From positions 140,677 to 173,687 of the forward strand of contig LFCR01000002.1 in NCBI GenBank assembly GCA_001189215.1: a DNA stretch of 33,011 nt, in the 5' to 3' direction. Position numbers and translations under genes: made by a program. Below the pieces are notes generated by a model. That model saw only the letters and a program-made list of their open reading frames with translations. It ran no database searches and was not told the origin of the DNA. The DNA comes from Parcubacteria bacterium C7867-008 (lineage in GTDB: Bacteria > Patescibacteriota > Minisyncoccia > Phycocordibacterales > Phycocordibacteraceae). Below are positions 32,089 to 33,011 of the stretch, in pieces. Each line of letters begins with the position of its first letter. Position 1 is the first letter of the stretch.

Positions 32089-32174
32089 TCATGAACCCTA
32101 CCAATACCCTTGGTACACTTTTAGTAAGCAGGCCTGTTTCCTGCAGGTTACTCACTTAATATCCCAAATACCTT

Positions 32175-32855
32175 ATGTTCCTCTATTCATGGGCTGATGT
32201 CCTTACGCAATCCTTCCAGAATCTTTCTTGGGGAATTATTCAGTTTCTCCCGAATCTTCTTGCTGCGGTCATCATCTTCGTACTCGGTTGGGTTATCGGC
32301 GCTGTTATCGGTCGTCTTATTGCTCAGGTTATCTCAGCAATAAAGGTTGATCAGGCGCTTCGCTCTGCAGGTGTTGATCGTGTTGTTACTCGCGCAGGAT
32401 TCACCCTTAACTCGGGTGCATTCCTCGGTGCTCTCGTAAAGTGGTTCTTCATCGTTCTTGGTCTCCTTGTCGCACTTAGCGTCCTTGGCCTTAACGATGT
32501 AAGCATGTTCCTCGGTGCGGTAGTACTCGGCTACCTTCCACAAGTCATCATCGCAGTACTCATCCTTATGGTTGCAGCGGTGGTTGCAGAGGCAGTGCAG
32601 CGTCTTGTTTCAGCAAGTGCACATGCAGCAGGTATTCGCTCAGCGAATCTCCTTGGTGCTATCGCTCGCTGGGCTATCTGGATCTTCGCTATCCTTGCAG
32701 CACTTAACCACCTTCAGGTGGCCAATGAGCTCATCCAGCCGCTCTTCACAGGCATCGTAGTAGCGTTTGCTCTGGCATTCGGCCTCGCATTCGGCCTCGG
32801 TGGCCAGCAGGCAGCTGCTAAGATGATCGAGAAGCTCCAGCACGAGGTTAAGTAA
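32175..32855 (+). CDS. Membrane protein with repeated conserved-TM-helix units (PF05552/CmpX-like)
   Basis: 226 aa. Repeated pattern of a TM helix followed by an amphipathic stretch (LPNLLAAVIIFVLGWVIGAVIGRLIAQVI; LPQVIIAVLILMVAAVVAEAVQRLV). Confidence 0.55.
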   Translation: MFLYSWADVLTQSFQNLSWGIIQFLPNLLAAVIIFVLGWVIGAVIGRLIAQVISAIKVDQALRSAGVDRVVTRAGFTLNSGAFLGALVKWFFIVLGLLVALSVLGLNDVSMFLGAVVLGYLPQVIIAVLILMVAAVVAEAVQRLVSASAHAAGIRSANLLGAIARWAIWIFAILAALNHLQVANELIQPLFTGIVVAFALAFGLAFGLGGQQAAAKMIEKLQHEVK

Positions 32856-32872
32856 TACCTACGTTTCTAGGG

Positions 32873-32910
32873 AAAACAGCCACCTCAAAAGGGTGGCTGT
32901 TTTCTTTTTA
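32873..32910 (+). terminator. Intrinsic terminator after the membrane protein gene
   Basis: 12-bp stem AAAACAGCCACC / GGTGGCTGTTTT with loop TCAAAAG, followed by CTTTTT. Confidence 0.8.
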
Positions 32911-32920
32911 GACCCTTTAG

Positions 32921-32949
32921 TTGACAGGCATTTTTGCCTCCTATATACT
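32921..32949 (+). promoter_or_regulatory. Near-consensus sigma70 promoter at the window edge
   Basis: TTGACA (32921-32926), exact 17-nt spacer, TATACT (32944-32949). No start codon with an open frame follows in the remaining 62 nt. Confidence 0.6.
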
Positions 32950-33011
32950 CCTCCTACGTGTTAATAACCACGAAGTCAGCGACCAATCGTACGGAGCGAT
33001 AGCCAGTCAGC

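Noticed and set aside
1-33011. CRISPR arrays, IS elements or transposases, integrases, prophage genes, toxin-antitoxin pairs, known defence operons, and alternative genetic code (UGA recoding).
   Set aside because: No repeat-spacer periodicity, terminal inverted repeats or recombinase/nuclease motifs were seen. All conserved genes read through intact with the standard code, with no in-frame TGA needed.

Overview
This window is a gene-dense housekeeping segment. Gene content and architecture suggest a small-genome, Patescibacteria/CPR-like bacterium; that is inference, since no search was possible.

In order, the window contains:
- a dTMP/one-carbon module: a short 5-formyl-THF cyclo-ligase-like gene, long-form dcd, tandem-domain thyX, tmk and glyA
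- a stand-alone ClpX zinc-finger protein
- argS, ileS, recO, a membrane-anchored multi-Ig surface protein, glyQS, an AI-2E permease, metG and tatD
- rpsF, ssb, rpsR and efp
- an ECF sigma factor with a putative anti-sigma partner
- recA, ftsK and a wHTH protein
- a 570-nt non-coding region, then a peptidoglycan-binding acidic surface protein
- rplJ-rplL, a second wHTH protein and a TM-helix-repeat membrane protein

I saw no rRNA, complete tRNA, CRISPR array, transposase, integrase or recognisable defence operon.

The most noteworthy observations are:
1. A complete, apparently catalytically intact histidine-phosphatase (PGAM-like) domain sits inside isoleucyl-tRNA synthetase.
2. The 570-nt hairpin-dense non-coding region has its own promoter and may be an unclassified structured RNA or a long leader.
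3. Two expression regimes coexist. Backbone genes look leaderless, with a -10 hexamer exactly 6 nt from the ATG at six genes. A few higher-GC genes carry Shine-Dalgarno sites and GC-rich terminators, which suggests lateral acquisition.
4. Both dcd and thyX are internally duplicated, and the two thyX halves have lost complementary motifs.
5. EF-P has a non-canonical tip loop.

All family assignments come from motif recognition by eye and need HMM or BLAST confirmation.
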